From positions 8,246,001 to 8,310,000 of the forward strand of contig NC_043012.1 of assembly GCF_006345805.1 (NCBI RefSeq): 64,000 nt of DNA, given 5' to 3'. Made by a program: the position numbers and the translations under genes. Shown here piece by piece: positions 42,883-56,071 of the stretch (position 1 is its first letter; each line of letters begins with the position of its first letter). Below the pieces are notes generated by a model. The model had not been told where the DNA came from and ran no database searches. It worked only from the letters and a program-made list of their open reading frames with translations. This DNA is from Octopus sinensis (Eukaryota).

Positions 42883-43054
42883 ATATAATTACAGTTACAG
42901 CTACTGGAAATAAATTACCAGAGCCAATACTAGAAATAGGTGTCAAATACCTACAATCCACTCTACAATTTATTCTCTATGTTCAACCACAGGTTGACAC
43001 CTATTTCTAGCATCAACGCTGGTCATTTCCAGTAGCCCTTAACAGTAATTATAT
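42883..43054. repeat. Fold-back element 4
   Basis: ATATAATTAC..GCTACTGGAAAT..CTAGAAATAGGTGTCAA pairs with TTGACACCTATTTCTAG..ATTTCCAGTAGC..GTAATTATAT. Confidence 0.8.
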
Positions 43055-43411
43055 ACATGAATATATATATATATATATAATATATATATATATAATATAT
43101 ATATATATATATAATATATATATATATGTGAGCAAAACGCCCCCCGCCCCTTGTCCAATGGACAGTGCTGAATCATATCTGCTGAATATAAAGCAATCAG
43201 TGTTTTCTTTTCATTAAAAATATTAAGCATGCCTTTATTTCAGTAAAATTTTTGATTTTGTTAAACGAAGTTAAGGCAAAAAAAAATGCTGAATATTACA
43301 TATATTATATATTATTACATTAATATGATCAAATAATAGCTGTGTGCCTGCATATCCTCAGGTGAGTCAGGTCCTGATCACTGCTAGATCATCTTTAGTT
43401 TTTCTTTATTT

Positions 43412-43500
<89 letters not shown>

Positions 43501-43566
43501 TGTTGATAGAAATGGTAAGACAACAAAAGAATGAAAGAAACCTCAATATTATGTAAATAGAGGATT

Positions 43567-43706
43567 TATCTGTAAATGTAATATGTGACAATTATTTGGT
43601 AGCCATGATGAAACTCCGATGGTGGCGTGGATTTCCACCCCGACATCCGAAACTCAGAGTTTTATCATGGCTACCGAATAATTGTCACATATTACATTTA
43701 CAGATA
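43567..43706. repeat. Fold-back element 5 (about 50-bp near-perfect arms)
   Basis: Arms 43567-43617 and 43657-43706; unit bounded by (TA)n at 43500 and 43705. Confidence 0.9.
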
Positions 43707-44099
43707 TATATATATATATGTATGTATGTATGTATGCAATATATGTATATCTACATATACACACACACGCATATATGCAGGTATATATGTGTGTGTATAT
43801 ATATATATATATGCATTCACACATACATACATATATATGTCTTTGTATGCATATATGCGTGTGTGCTACTGTTTCCTTGTTTTGACATCACATGATACTT
43901 ATAAAGGAACGTTACTGTCATACAAGTGCTGTCTTTCATTTCCAATCTTCAGTGAAAACATATCTGACCATGGGTAAAAAAAAATATTGCCTTATTTGGA
44001 AACAGCTGAGGTTTGGTGACAGGAAAGACATCTAACCATAACAAAATTTACTTTAGCAAATTCCATCCGACTTGTGCAAGCAGGGAAAAGTGGATGTTA

Positions 44100-44435
44100 A
44101 AACAATGACAACAATGATGTTGATGATGATGATGCTGACAACAACGATGATGATGATGATGACGACAATGATGCTGACAACGATGACGATGAAGATGAGG
44201 ATAATGATGATCATGATGCTGACAGCAATGATAATGATGATGATGATGATGATGATGACAATGATGATGACAACGATGATGATGACAACGATGATGATCA
44301 TGATGATGATCATGATGCTGACAGCAATGATGATGATGATGACGACAATGATGATGACAACGATGATGACGATGAAGATGAGGATGATGATTACAACAAC
44401 GATAACAATGACAATGGTGGCGGCAACGATGACGA
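44100..44435 (+). repeat. Expanded (GAT/GAC/AAC)n tail of a family B repeat
   Basis: Follows GCAAGCAGGGAAAAGTGGATGTTAAA; contains repeated higher-order blocks such as GATCATGATGCTGACAGCAATGAT and GATGAAGATGAGGAT. Confidence 0.85.
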
Positions 44436-44809
44436 CCAAGGACATTAACATTACCGCTCATTTCCAACAAGACACTACCTGTCCATTGTTGCCGAGAGAA
44501 AGTGGTCGATCCATTCTGAAGGCTGAGAATGGCAGCAAGCAATGACAAAACTTCAATACAGTTGTGCTGACATGAGATGAAGGACATTGAACGGGCGGCG
44601 GGTGAATGATGATTAGCTGTGTCCTATCTTCTCACATGGTACAGATTTTGCAGCCACAGTATCTGAAGGGCTTATCTCAAATGTTACCTCAACCAACTGA
44701 TAGCAGTGTTAGGCCAAGGACATAGAGTAATTATCTATTTCGTTTGTTTTTGTTTATTATGTAAGAAAAGGAAGGCGGTGGGTGAGGAACTTTGAGATAT
44801 TCTTTTCTT

Positions 44810-45145
44810 CTTTTGCTTGTTTCAGTTATTAGAATGTGGCACTGCCTCCAAGAATTTTAATCAAATGAATTGTCCCCAGGACTAATTTTGCTGATCCAGT
44901 AAGTTATGGGGACATAAAAACAACCAACACCAGTTGTCAAGAGGTGGTGGAACAAACACACACGCACATACACAATGGGCTTCTTTCAGTTTCCATCTAC
45001 CAAATCCACACACAAGGCTTTGGTTGGCCCAAGGCTATAGTAGAAGACACTTGCCCAAGCTGCCACGCAGTGGGATTGAACCCGGAACCACATGGTGTAA
45101 TTGGCAAGCAAACCTCTTACTACACAGCTATGCTTGTGCCTTCTG
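44810..45145 (-). mobile_element. SINE family A, degenerate; donor of the 46005-46202 inverted copy
   Basis: Private variant CCACATGGTGTAATTGGCAAGC shared with the copy at 46 kb. Confidence 0.8.
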
Positions 45146-47649
45146 CTTGAACTTTGTAGGACAACTTCTAATGGGAAAAATGTCGGCAAAGATGGAAGTT
45201 TTTTGGGGGGCTTTTTTTATGTTTTAGTCAGGAGAAAAGGCAATGCCTAGGACAATTTAAAGAGTCTCTGACTCTAGTGAGAGGGAAGGAGGGAAAGGTA
45301 AAGGTCAGAATAAAGTTACCTTCTCGAATCATGACAACTCATAAGGGCCAGTTTCCTAGTTTCATGGATATGTATTCCCTATCTGGACAGGACGCCGGTC
45401 ATTCGCAGGATGGCTCATGTTTCCCAGCTGAGTGGGCTGGAGCAATGTGAAATGCTCAAGAACATAATGCATCGCCTGGTCCAGGAATTGAAACCACAAT
45501 CTTATAATTATGAATCCAACACCCTAACTACTAAGCCAAGTGCCTCCACAAGGAGAAAAGGAGGTATTCTTGAACTAGAGGGACCAGGCTTGAATGGTTA
45601 CAATAAACTGGACTCTACTAAAGGACCCCTAATCACCAGATGATGGATTAAGTCTATCAGAATTGAAATGAAGGTCATGGTAGAATTTGAACTGAGAACC
45701 CACAGAGGTGAAACAAATACCACAATGTATGTTGTGGTGCCACCAATCCACCGCTCAGAAGTTGATGATTCACTAGGTAAAGTGACTATCATGGGATCTG
45801 GGTTGTGGAGTACAGCAGAGAAGATGTAGAGGGGGAGGCAATGAGAAATGGCTGAGCATTCCACAGACACGTACTCCTTAATGTAGTTCTCAGGGAGATT
45901 CAGTGTGACACAGAGTGTGACAAGGCTGTTTTTGTTTATTATGTAAGAAAAGGAAGGCAGTGGGTGAGGAACTTTGAGATATTCTTTTCTTCTTTTGCTT
46001 GTTTCAGAAGGCACAAGCATAGCTGTGTAGTAAAAGGTTTGCTTGCCAATTACACCATGTGGTTCCGGGTTCAATCCCACTGCGTGGCAGCTTGGGCAAG
46101 TGTCTTCTACTATAGCCTTGGGCCAACCAAAGCCTTGTGCGTGGATTTGGTAGATGGAAACTGAAAGAAGCCCATTGTATATGTGCGTGTGTGTTTGTTC
46201 CAAATACAGGTACAACTCATCTGAGTGGAGTGGAGTAGTGTGAAGTAAAGTGTCTTGCTCAAGGACATATCGCTGGGAATCGAACCCATGTCCTAACAAT
46301 TGTGAGCTGAATGCACAAACCTTTAAGCCTTGCACCTTCACAGAAGTGACAGCAAGCAAGTAATAAAATGAAGCAATGAAAGAATGAGGGTGTTAACATA
46401 GAACCTTGCATTACACACTGAAGTTGATAGTGTGAGATTTACGCAGAGAGAGAGTCAGACAGACAGAGAAAAAGAGACTTCATTGGCCTGACATGAAACT
46501 GTCAATGCAAAAGATATAATTGAATGGATGTATTTCATTAATTTGGAAAAAAACTGGATGAAAATTAGAGAAAAAGGAGAGATTAACAGACTTAAGAGCA
46601 ATTAAATGACATAACACCAGCATCGCAACTACTACCACCATTTCCGTTAGCACTAATGCTACTGCCATAACCAGCATTTTTACTTATGCAACTACTACTG
46701 CTGCTGCTGTTAATGTCACTAACACCATTGCTAAATCCAACCCCTCTTCCCTTATGACCATCACTACTGACACCGTTACCACCATTACTACCTCAATCAC
46801 TATCACCACTACTAATGCCACTAACTTCACTACAACCGTCGCCACTACTAACACCACTAGCATTACCATAATCGCCACTGGTACCACCACCACCACTACC
46901 GCCATCATCACCACCACCATTGCCATTACCACTACTACGATCATAACTATTACCACCCCGCCATGACTACCGCTGACGCCACCACCACCATAGTCACCGC
47001 CGCCATCATTACCACCAGCAACCACCACCATCAACGCCGCTATCACCACAATGAACGTCATGATAGAATCCATAACGAAAACTAGAAAAGAGCAATCAAA
47101 AGCCATGTTTAATACATTCAATCTTCAAAAAGACAATATTGTATTGTCACACACACACATACCATGTGTATATCTATGCGTATGAAGAGAATTACAGGAC
47201 CATTTACACACACACACACACACGCACACACATACATTCATCTCTAACACACATTCATTCGTAAAAGAACACAACAGCGCACACACAACACGAAATGAGA
47301 AGAGACACACACATACATAAATACACGCTGCTCTTGTTCCACCATTGTGCAATCTCCGGTAGAAATTAACAATGGATCAAGTAACAGAATGTTCTAGAAT
47401 GATAAAGCAAAAGGGAAAGAAAGAAAGAAAGAAAGAAAGCTGGCAATAATTAATAAAAACAAATGGCAGAAAGACGTGAATCATACTGATAGAGACTTTG
47501 GTTTTTTTTTTTTCGCCTTCCGTCATGAAAGAGCTCCACTAACTTATTATCTACCCTTACCATTCCATCAACAATGAATCCATCTTCCATCTTCCCTATT
47601 ACTTCCATTTTGGAAAGCAGGTTTCTTTATTATTTTTTCTTGTTTTTGT

Positions 47650-47682
<33 letters not shown>

Positions 47683-48732
47683 TCGTTATTGTATTATTAA
47701 TAATTTCTGCTTCAGAAATTCAACGACGCCATAAAGACTTATTTAATGGTTGATGCAGATCTCATGGTGAACGCTTGAAGAAGAAGAAGAAAAAGAAGAA
47801 GAAGAAGAAAAAGAGAAGAAGGAGGAGGAGGAGTAGTAGGTAGTAGTAGTAGTAGTAGTAGTGATGGTCGTAGTAGTAGTAGTAGTAGTGCTGGTGGCAT
47901 TGTATCTTAATGTCAACAGTGACGATTTAATGTATTTTTTCACTTCTTGAAAATTGAGTGAAAATTTTCAAATTTGGTATATTGATGTAATTTTTCATGC
48001 TGAATCTGATGTTATTCACTCGGTCCGGAAAAATTTTAGGGAAAATGTTACATCGGTTTAAAGTTTGATTAATATTACTCGATCATTAAAAAAAACGGAT
48101 TTGGAAGCTGGCATTTTCTGCGTGATAATTTTCATTAAACAAAATGAAATTAATATATTAGGCCGCCAAAAGTTGTAAGAAGTTTCGAAGTTTAAATAAA
48201 TTAAAATGAATAAAGTCATGCGAAACGCTGGAACAGGCGATATTAAAAGGAAAAAAATTTTATGAATTTTTTTTTGTTTTTTTTTGCAAGAAATTACAAA
48301 AAAAGAAGAAAAAAACTACGTTATACAATTGTTGTTCTGTTCATGTAAACAATTAATGAAAATTCAAAAACGAAAGTTTGAGATACACTAGGTGGTGGTG
48401 TATACAACCGATGCTGGGGTGTTTACGTCCCCGTAACTTAGCGGTTCGGCAAAAGACACCGATAGAATAAGTACTCAGCTTCCAAAGAATAAGTCCTGGG
48501 GTCGATTTGCTCGACTAAAGGCGGTGCCCCAGCATGGCCACAGTCAAATGACTGAAACAAGTAAAAGAGTAAAAGAATATAGATACGTAGAGTTTGAAGT
48601 AGTTTCAAGCAGACGATAGCTTGGCTTGTTATTATGGAAAGAGATACCAATGTATCCGTGGATTACGAGTAGCTAAAATTACTAAATTTGTAAACATTAA
48701 AAGCTATGTCAAAAATTAATTTCATTTGGGAT

Positions 48733-49064
48733 GGAAGCACTCGATTACGACGATGAATCAACGGAACATCCTGCTCGTGAAATTAACGTGTAAGTGGCTG
48801 AGCACTCCACAAACACGTGCACCCTTAACGTAGTTCTCGTGACACAGAGAGCGACAAGGGCAGCCCCTTGAAATACAGGTACTACAGAAACAGGAAGTAA
48901 GAGTGAAAGAGTACAGCAGGGATCACCACCATCCCCTGCCGGAGCTTCGTGAAGCTTTTAGGTGTTTTCACTCAATAAACACTCACAACGCCCGGTCTGG
49001 AAATCGAAACCGCGATCCTATGACCGCGAGTCCGCTGCCCTAACCACTGGGCTATTGCGCCTCC
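48733..49064 (-). mobile_element. Chimeric SINE (family E head plus family D tail)
   Basis: Same junction as 53970-54325. Confidence 0.8.
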
Positions 49065-49090
49065 ACACTTATCCAAATACTGGGTTCATT

Positions 49091-49317
49091 AATAAAAGCC
49101 AGCACTGATTTTGTTACGACGTTTCGTATCCGAGTACGTCTATTTAAGCAATGAGTTTGTGGATGGTTAATGGGTTGGATGAGTGTTGAAGAAGCAAAAA
49201 CTCTTGAAATATGCCATATACACTCATTACTCATTTTTCGTCTTTGATTTTATTGTTGTTTACATTAGGCGTACTAGGATACGAAACGTCGTAACAAAAT
49301 CAGTGGTGGTTATAATT
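49091..49317. repeat. Fold-back element 6 (about 40-50-bp arms, about 120-bp spacer)
   Basis: CACTGATTTTGTTACGACGTTTCGTATCCGAGTACGTCTA pairs with TAGGCGTACTAGGATACGAAACGTCGTAACAAAATCAGTG. Confidence 0.85.
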
Positions 49318-49778
49318 TCTATAGAAAATCTGTTGAGATAATCTTCGCAACCAATGAAATCGGTCCAGTGACCCCCACAAGCGGAAGTTGAAACTATTTG
49401 CTGTCATAGCTGCTTTGGCAACAAAGAGACTATCGTTAGAGAAAAGGAACCGTGAAAATTAAATAACTTTTGGGGTTTTGAGGTTTCTTATAAAAAAAGA
49501 ATTCAATGAAAGAAAGCAAATAAAGAATAAGGCTTAAAAAACAATTTAATTGAAAGAAAATGATGAAATAACTCTTTTGATTTACCGCTAGAAAAAACAG
49601 CCAAAATTTATACACCAAATTATAATTATTTTATTTAAACTAATTGTTTGGAAAACAACCATACTCTTTATACTAATAAAATTAAATCATTTTTGATAAT
49701 TTTAATCCCATATATTATTCCTGAAAATTAAAAATTTTTCGTGCATTCTACATCACAAAACATACACATACGTGTATG

Positions 49779-49810
<32 letters not shown>

Positions 49811-49827
49811 TACATATATATATATAC

Positions 49828-49939
<112 letters not shown>

Positions 49940-50488
49940 CTTGTGTGTGTGTTTGTAGCGAATCTTGCATGCATGAAGCAGATTCGATCCACCATACCCA
50001 AATATAAATCAACACGGCAACAGAACTTTTCCACGATGGAACAATGGCTTTTCTCTGACAGCAGTTTTTACATTTCCCAGATGCCTTTAGCTAGGCCGAA
50101 ATATTGTCTTCACCACTTGACCCTTTCTAACCTCTTCTACTTCACCATAAGCTAGAATAGATAACAAGACCACCAACTAAATCCATTGTTCTCAAAGATA
50201 TATCTATCCTTCTGGATCTTAATATAAGCAAGCACAGCCCAAGCAAAAATCAGTCTCCAACTGGTGACAACTCAACGAGGTCTGGCTGACCGACCTTGGT
50301 CAGAGGGAGAAAGCAACTGTGAGACAACTCCCTATAATTCCCTCTAGCTCTAATTCTGTTCTCGCACAACATCATTCTATCTCTCTCTCTCTGTAATTAC
50401 TACTAACTATACGTATACGTAAAACTATGTTAAGAAACATTCTACAGCAGCAAACTTAACTTTCGCAGGCTTTTGGATTTATCAACCT

Positions 50489-50900
50489 GGATCTTTTCGG
50501 TTTGAACGGCATTTTAAAAAAATAATTTCTAGGTAACTAAAAAATTTTAAACTTCGTATACTGGTAGAATGTGTTTATAAAACATCTTTTTCTCTTGGCT
50601 TTATTGAGAAAATTCTATAGTTTGTAACATATTTGGTCTTTAATTTCTTGCATTTCGGCAATTTCAACCAATCAATGACCGTCTATTGAGGTGAAAACAT
50701 TCTGTGCCCTATGAATATGTCCCCCGTTTAAGAAACAGATTGGGTTTATTTACATTTCTGAAGAAAGAAAGATACCCTTCCCCCTAACCCGAACCCTAAA
50801 ACAGATTGAAATGCAATAGATCGATTCTAGGGTCATAATTATGGGTGACAATTTCATATGACACCGCTAGAAAAAACTGCCGTTCAAACCGAAAAGATCC
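50489..50900 (+). mobile_element. MITE with GG-terminal TIRs (Merlin-like), copy 1
   Basis: TIR GGATCTTTTCGGTTTGAACGGCA / TGCCGTTCAAACCGAAAAGATCC; flanks ATCAACCT / CTCAACCT (8-bp TSD, one mismatch). Confidence 0.85.
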
Positions 50901-51127
50901 CTCAACCTGCCCGTCGAGGTAAGGTATTGTAAAGTAACGGTAAATAAACATTTCCTTAAAACTTTATACACCGTGCATCTTTCTCATCATTCACATCCTA
51001 CAGTATTCAAACATATTAACAAAATAATTATCGTCACACCAGCTGACCACAACATATCATCAACAATAATGTTTACCAATAAATTTGATCGTTATACATA
51101 TATATTATATATGTATGTATATATACA

Positions 51128-51157
<30 letters not shown>

Positions 51158-51158
<1 letters not shown>

Positions 51159-51282
51159 AGATTAATCAGCCGAAATTGCGAGGATGATCCGGTTCTTGAC
51201 TGAAGATTAGAGGCTTCGAATGACCCGTCCGTTTTTTGTGTCGTCTATTTGAATGTCTTGCATTCTTGTCCCATTTTGTATT
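51158..51282 (+). mobile_element. (TA)n-embedded dispersed repeat, possibly a Penelope-type terminus
   Basis: Homologous to 54818-54945; contains CTGA(A/T)GA...TTCGAA degenerate hammerhead-like motif. Confidence 0.5.
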
Positions 51283-51360
51283 TATATATATATATATAGA
51301 GAGAGAGAGAGATGTACTCGCATAGCAAGTGATTTGATCTGAGATCGTGTGCTGAAACGA

Positions 51361-51538
51361 AAACAATTGCAGCGTGGAAGGTGTTTGTCAGTGAACAGCA
51401 CGGATTTTTGTCAGTGAAGAGGTCGCGGATTTTAGTGACGAAAATATTTTGACAAATTAAACTTAAATGTTGAAGTGAATCGAACGGCTTTTTTGTGTTT
51501 TTCTTGAATGGCTTACAAACACCTTCCACGCTGCAATT

Positions 51539-51542
<4 letters not shown>
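51361..51542. repeat. Fold-back element 7 (28-bp perfect arms)
   Basis: AAACAATTGCAGCGTGGAAGGTGTTTGT pairs with ACAAACACCTTCCACGCTGCAATTGTTT, followed by (TA)n. Confidence 0.85.
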
Positions 51543-51593
<51 letters not shown>

Positions 51594-51892
51594 CATACAT
51601 ACGTATAGGTGGGCACATACAGATATACACATTACATACATATGTGCATGCATTCGAGTATACATTACATTTATACATCCATGCATACATATACCAAACT
51701 ATATATGTATGTATGAGTGCATGCATAATACATCGATGTATGCATGCATGCATGTTCGTGTCCACGAGTTTAGATATAATTTTTCAAACATGTGGACATC
51801 AAGGCTACAAAGATAGTAACAAATATCGGTAACTCCGCTGACAGGGATGTTATGGATGATGGAATTAGAGGCATAAGATCAGATGAGCAAAT

Positions 51893-51937
<45 letters not shown>

Positions 51938-52329
51938 TAATAATAATAATAATAATAATAACGGCGTTCAAGTGCCGCGCCGTGTCTCTCTGACACCTAC
52001 TGAACAGCAAAGAGAGAAATTACTATATCAAGTATATACGTAACAACGAAATTAATACTGCTTTCAAATTTTGGTACAAGGCCAGCAATTTTTTTTTGTG
52101 GGGTGGGTGGGGCGTAAGTTGATTGCATCGACCCCAGTGTACAACTGGTACTTATTTTATCGACACCGAAAGAATGAAAGGAAAAGTCGCCCTCGGCAGC
52201 ATTTGAACTCAGAATGCAAAGACGGACAAAATGCCAACGTGCTAGCGATTCTGCTAGCTTACCGCTTTAAATATCGAAAATAGTATCGTTCTGAGATTAC
52301 ATGAGAACTCTTGAATAGGTACTCAGAGT

Positions 52330-52762
52330 TTACAAGTGTTCCAAGTGAAGTAAGGGTAGATGGACTGACCTACTTAAGCAGTAAACTAGAAGAGAAATAC
52401 TTCGTGTCCGTAGAAAGTTATGCATGTGTACATATCCCACAAGCCAGAGAATACCAACAACAACAACAACATTGATAATAATAGAGGTCTTCTTTGGATC
52501 TGTGAAGGATATATCACATCTCATCTAGAAGGCTACACCTCTACTATCCGCGAACAAAATACCTGATAAGCGAGAGAGATAAGCACGTTTCTAGACCTCC
52601 ACACTGTTACTGGAAATGCAAATTGTTTTATAGGAGTGTGGAATATATCACACATATGGTCAGTAGGTGTCTGAAAATGACCACTAGATACTATCTTTCC
52701 ATCGGATATAACATAGTCGCTAAGGCAGTCTGCAATGCTATCTGCAGCAAGGATTGTCTCGA
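52330..52762 (+). mobile_element. R4/Dong-clade LINE fragment with decayed CCHC zinc knuckle
   Basis: HLEGYTSTIREQ...KCKLFYRSVEYITHMVSRCLKMTTRYYLSIGYNIVAKAV resembles EGYxxAIQEQ...CRLC..E.I.H....C.....Y..RHD.VAK of RLE LINEs. Confidence 0.7.
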
Positions 52763-53354
52763 TGGTCACATCCAGCACTCCGTCGGGTACGACAACAAGG
52801 GTTCCAGTTGAACCGACCAACAGAACAGCCTCCTCGCGAACTTAATGTACAAATGGCTGAGCACTACTCCACAGATACGCGAGCCCTTAACGTAGTTCTC
52901 GGGGAGATTCAGCATGACAAAGAATATGACGAGGCTGGCCCTTTGAAATACAGACATTACTCATTTTTCGCCAGCTGCGTGGACTGAAGCAACGCGAAAT
53001 AAAGCATCTCGCTGAACGATCGAACGCGTCGCTGGGAATCGAACTCACGACCTCACGACTAAGCCATTCCCCTCGCTTGGTCATACAAAAGGCATACCAG
53101 AACCATAATGTAGCCACACTTTTAAAAATAAAGAATAATGATGGAATATATCGATTTGGTATAAAAACAATAGTGTGATATTGCTGTATGGGATAAAAGT
53201 CTCATTATCTTCATCATCATTCGACGTGGATGAAGAACCAATCCCAACCGATTCAGATTCACAATACGAGTTGTACTATTGATCCTTTCGATTGATGGAT
53301 ATTTTTTTTTTTTTTAAGTGGCTCTCATAACCTCCGTTCGGTTGATTTTCCTGA

Positions 53355-53750
53355 GTCGCAGGAGTGGCTGTGTGGTAAGTAGCTTGCTTACCAACCACAT
53401 GGCTCCGGGTTCAGTCCCACTGCGTGGCATCTTGGGCAAGTGTCTTCTGCTATAGCCCCGGGCCGACCAATGCCTTGTGAGTGGATTTGGTAGACGGAAA
53501 CTGAAAGAAGCCCGTCGTATATATATGTATATATATATATATATGTGTGTGTGTTTGTGTGTCTGTGTTTGTCCCCCTGCTGGTGTGTTTACGTCCCCGT
53601 TACTTAGCGGTTCGGCAAAAGAGACCGATAGAATAAGTACTGGGCTTACAAAGAATAAGTCCCGGGGTCGATTTGCTCGACTAAAGGCGGTGTTCCAGCA
53701 TGGCCGCAGTCAATGACTGAAACAAGTAAAAGAGTAAAGAATAAAGAGAG
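53355..53750 (+). mobile_element. SINE family A, CpG-intact copy
   Basis: Full head, body and tail. Confidence 0.9.
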
Positions 53751-53969
53751 TCACCGTCTCATCTTTGTACAGCTGAGTGAACTGTAGCAATATGCTAGTT
53801 AAGCCATAGATGGGACCCTAATAGTGGTTAAGAGGTAGTTACACACTTCTCAAAACCCTGAACCGGAGCTACACTACCGGATGTGGTTCAAAGTCATACC
53901 CAAGACACAAACGTTCTTAGTGACTGGCTTGAATTTGGCAAAGGAAAAAAAATCTCAAAGAAACACAAT

Positions 53970-54325
53970 GGAAGCACTCCGTCGGTTACGACGATGAGGG
54001 TTCCGGTTGATCCAACCAACTGAACAGCCTGCTCGTGAAATTAACGTGTAAGTGGCTGAGCACTCCACAGACACGTGTACCCTTAATGTAGTTCTCGGGG
54101 AATATTCAGCGTGACACAGAGAGCGACAAGGTAAATACAGGTACAACAGAAAGAGGAAGTAAGAGTGAGAGAGTACAGCAGGGATCACCACCATGCCCTG
54201 CCAGAGCCTCGTGGAGCTTTAGGTGTTTTCGCTCAATAAACACTCACAACGCCCGGTCTGGGAGTCGAAACCGCGATCCTACGACCGCGGGTCCGCTGCC
54301 CTAACCACTGGGCCATTGCGCCTCC
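53970..54325 (-). mobile_element. Chimeric SINE (family E head plus family D tail) with 12-bp TSD
   Basis: CAAAGAAACACA at 53956-53967 and 54328-54339. Confidence 0.9.
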
Positions 54326-54674
54326 ACCAAAGAAACACACACACACAGTGACACACATACATATCCTATATACAATGACTTCCATGTCTGCACCCATCTA
54401 TGTGTCTACAGATGCACATATATATGCAGTGGTTAGCGTGGTGTTGAGACTCCACGGGGCAGCTGCTTCCTGTGCGTGTTTCCTGTTGTTGGTGTGTTAC
54501 ATTTAAGGAAAGACAGCCAGTTTGGCTACCGCACAGGGCGGCCAATATCCGCGATATGCTGCTCTGTATAAGTGTGGCCTTTCTTTGCATATATGTGCGC
54601 TACATACATATGTACACACACATATACATACATACATACATGCCTACATATATATATATATATATATATATATG

Positions 54675-54945
54675 TTTTCACGTATTTCTGTATTTTTATT
54701 CGTGTACTTCGTTCGTTTTCCGTCCTTGTGTTGTATACATTCGAAGCTTTCTTCCAAGGGATCTAATGCGCTTGGCTTAGATTTCCCTTGGAGGCTGCCC
54801 AGGTCGGAGCAATCTCAAGATTAATTAGCCGAAATTGCGAAGATGATCCAGTTCTTGACTGATGACTGAGGGCTTCGAATGTCCCGTCCTGTGCTTCTTG
54901 TGTCGTCTTCTAGGGTTTTCACGTTCTTGTCCCAGTTTGTATATA
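54675..54945 (+). mobile_element. Longer copy of the 51158 repeat, between (TA)n tracts
   Basis: Shared AGATTAAT.AGCCGAAATTGCGA.GATGATCC.GTTCTTGACTGA.GA block. Confidence 0.55.
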
Positions 54946-54965
54946 TTTTTGCTGTTTACATATTA

Positions 54966-54997
<32 letters not shown>

Positions 54998-55054
54998 ATA
55001 TATATATATATATATAATATATATATAATATATATATATATAGTATATGTATAT

Positions 55055-55136
<82 letters not shown>

Positions 55137-55149
55137 TATAAATACTATA

Positions 55150-55400
55150 TACAGATACTCCACCTAGACAAGTTAAGATTTATAACTGGGACACTATAAT
55201 TGGGGCACTTGGATATGTAACCACTTGTATAATGCCTCAGCACCAATCTTGAGGAATTAGGATTCTTAAAACTAGAAAGGAGAAAGCTAATTAGAATATT
55301 AGAAATCAGTGGAACTATATAAATATGTAAAACATTTCAAAAGTTTAGCACATAAGTACATATGCACATGTCTAGATGTGCAACAGTGTATATGAGGATA
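55150..55400 (+). mobile_element. R4/Dong-clade LINE 3' fragment
   Basis: IIGALGYVTTC..STNLEELGFLKLERRKLIRILEISGTI*ICKTFQKFST*. Confidence 0.7.
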
Positions 55401-55404
55401 TATG

Positions 55405-55808
55405 CTCTTTTTACTCTTTTACTTGTTTCAGGCATGTGACTGTGGCCATGCTGGAGCACCGCCTTTAGTCGAGCAAATCGACCCCAGGACTTATTCTTTG
55501 TAAGCCTAGTACTTATTCTATCGGTCTCTTTTGTCGAACCGCTAAGTAACGGGGACGTAAACACACCAGTATCGATTGTCAAGTGATGTCGGGACGAACA
55601 CAGACACACAAACACACACATATATATATACATATACATATATACGATGGGCTTCTTTCAGTTTCCGCCTACCAAGTCCACTCACAAGGCTTTGGTCGGC
55701 CCGAGGCTATAGTAGAAGACACTTGCCCAAGGTGCCACGCAGTGGGACTTGACTCGAAACCATGTGGTTGGTAAGCAAGCTACTAACAACACAGTCTCTC
55801 CTACGCCT
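55405..55808 (-). mobile_element. SINE family A
   Basis: Full-length copy. Confidence 0.9.
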
Positions 55809-55928
55809 AAAGACAAAACATACAGATATGTATATACCCTGACGTCTAATATTTGTACATATACACACAAGCATGTTGATGATGTTGAAATTGCAATGAA
55901 GGAGCTTTGGAACCAGGTTAGAAAGTGA

Positions 55929-55978
<50 letters not shown>

Positions 55979-56071
55979 CTCTCCTCTCTCTCTCTTCCTC
56001 CTATCTCTCTCAATCTCTCTCTTAGCGATAAATTTAAAACTAAAACTAAATAACATATGTACATACATATA

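Noticed and set aside
44048-44587. His/Cys-rich, Met-rich and Ile-rich ORFs resembling metal-binding or reflectin-like proteins
   Set aside because: Three readings of an expanded (GAT)n repeat tail; no reflectin motif or splice context.
45598-46359. 253-aa ORF
   Set aside because: Runs through nested SINE fragments.
46600-47121. Thr-rich or Val-rich mucin-like ORFs
   Set aside because: Degenerate (ACC/ACT)n repeat with no exon signals.
50030-50450. Possible LTR/PBS remnant (AACTGGTGAC)
   Set aside because: No second LTR, TG..CA ends or coding remnant found.
50780-50800. Interstitial telomeric repeat
   Set aside because: Only 2-3 degenerate units, and they are an internal part of the MITE.
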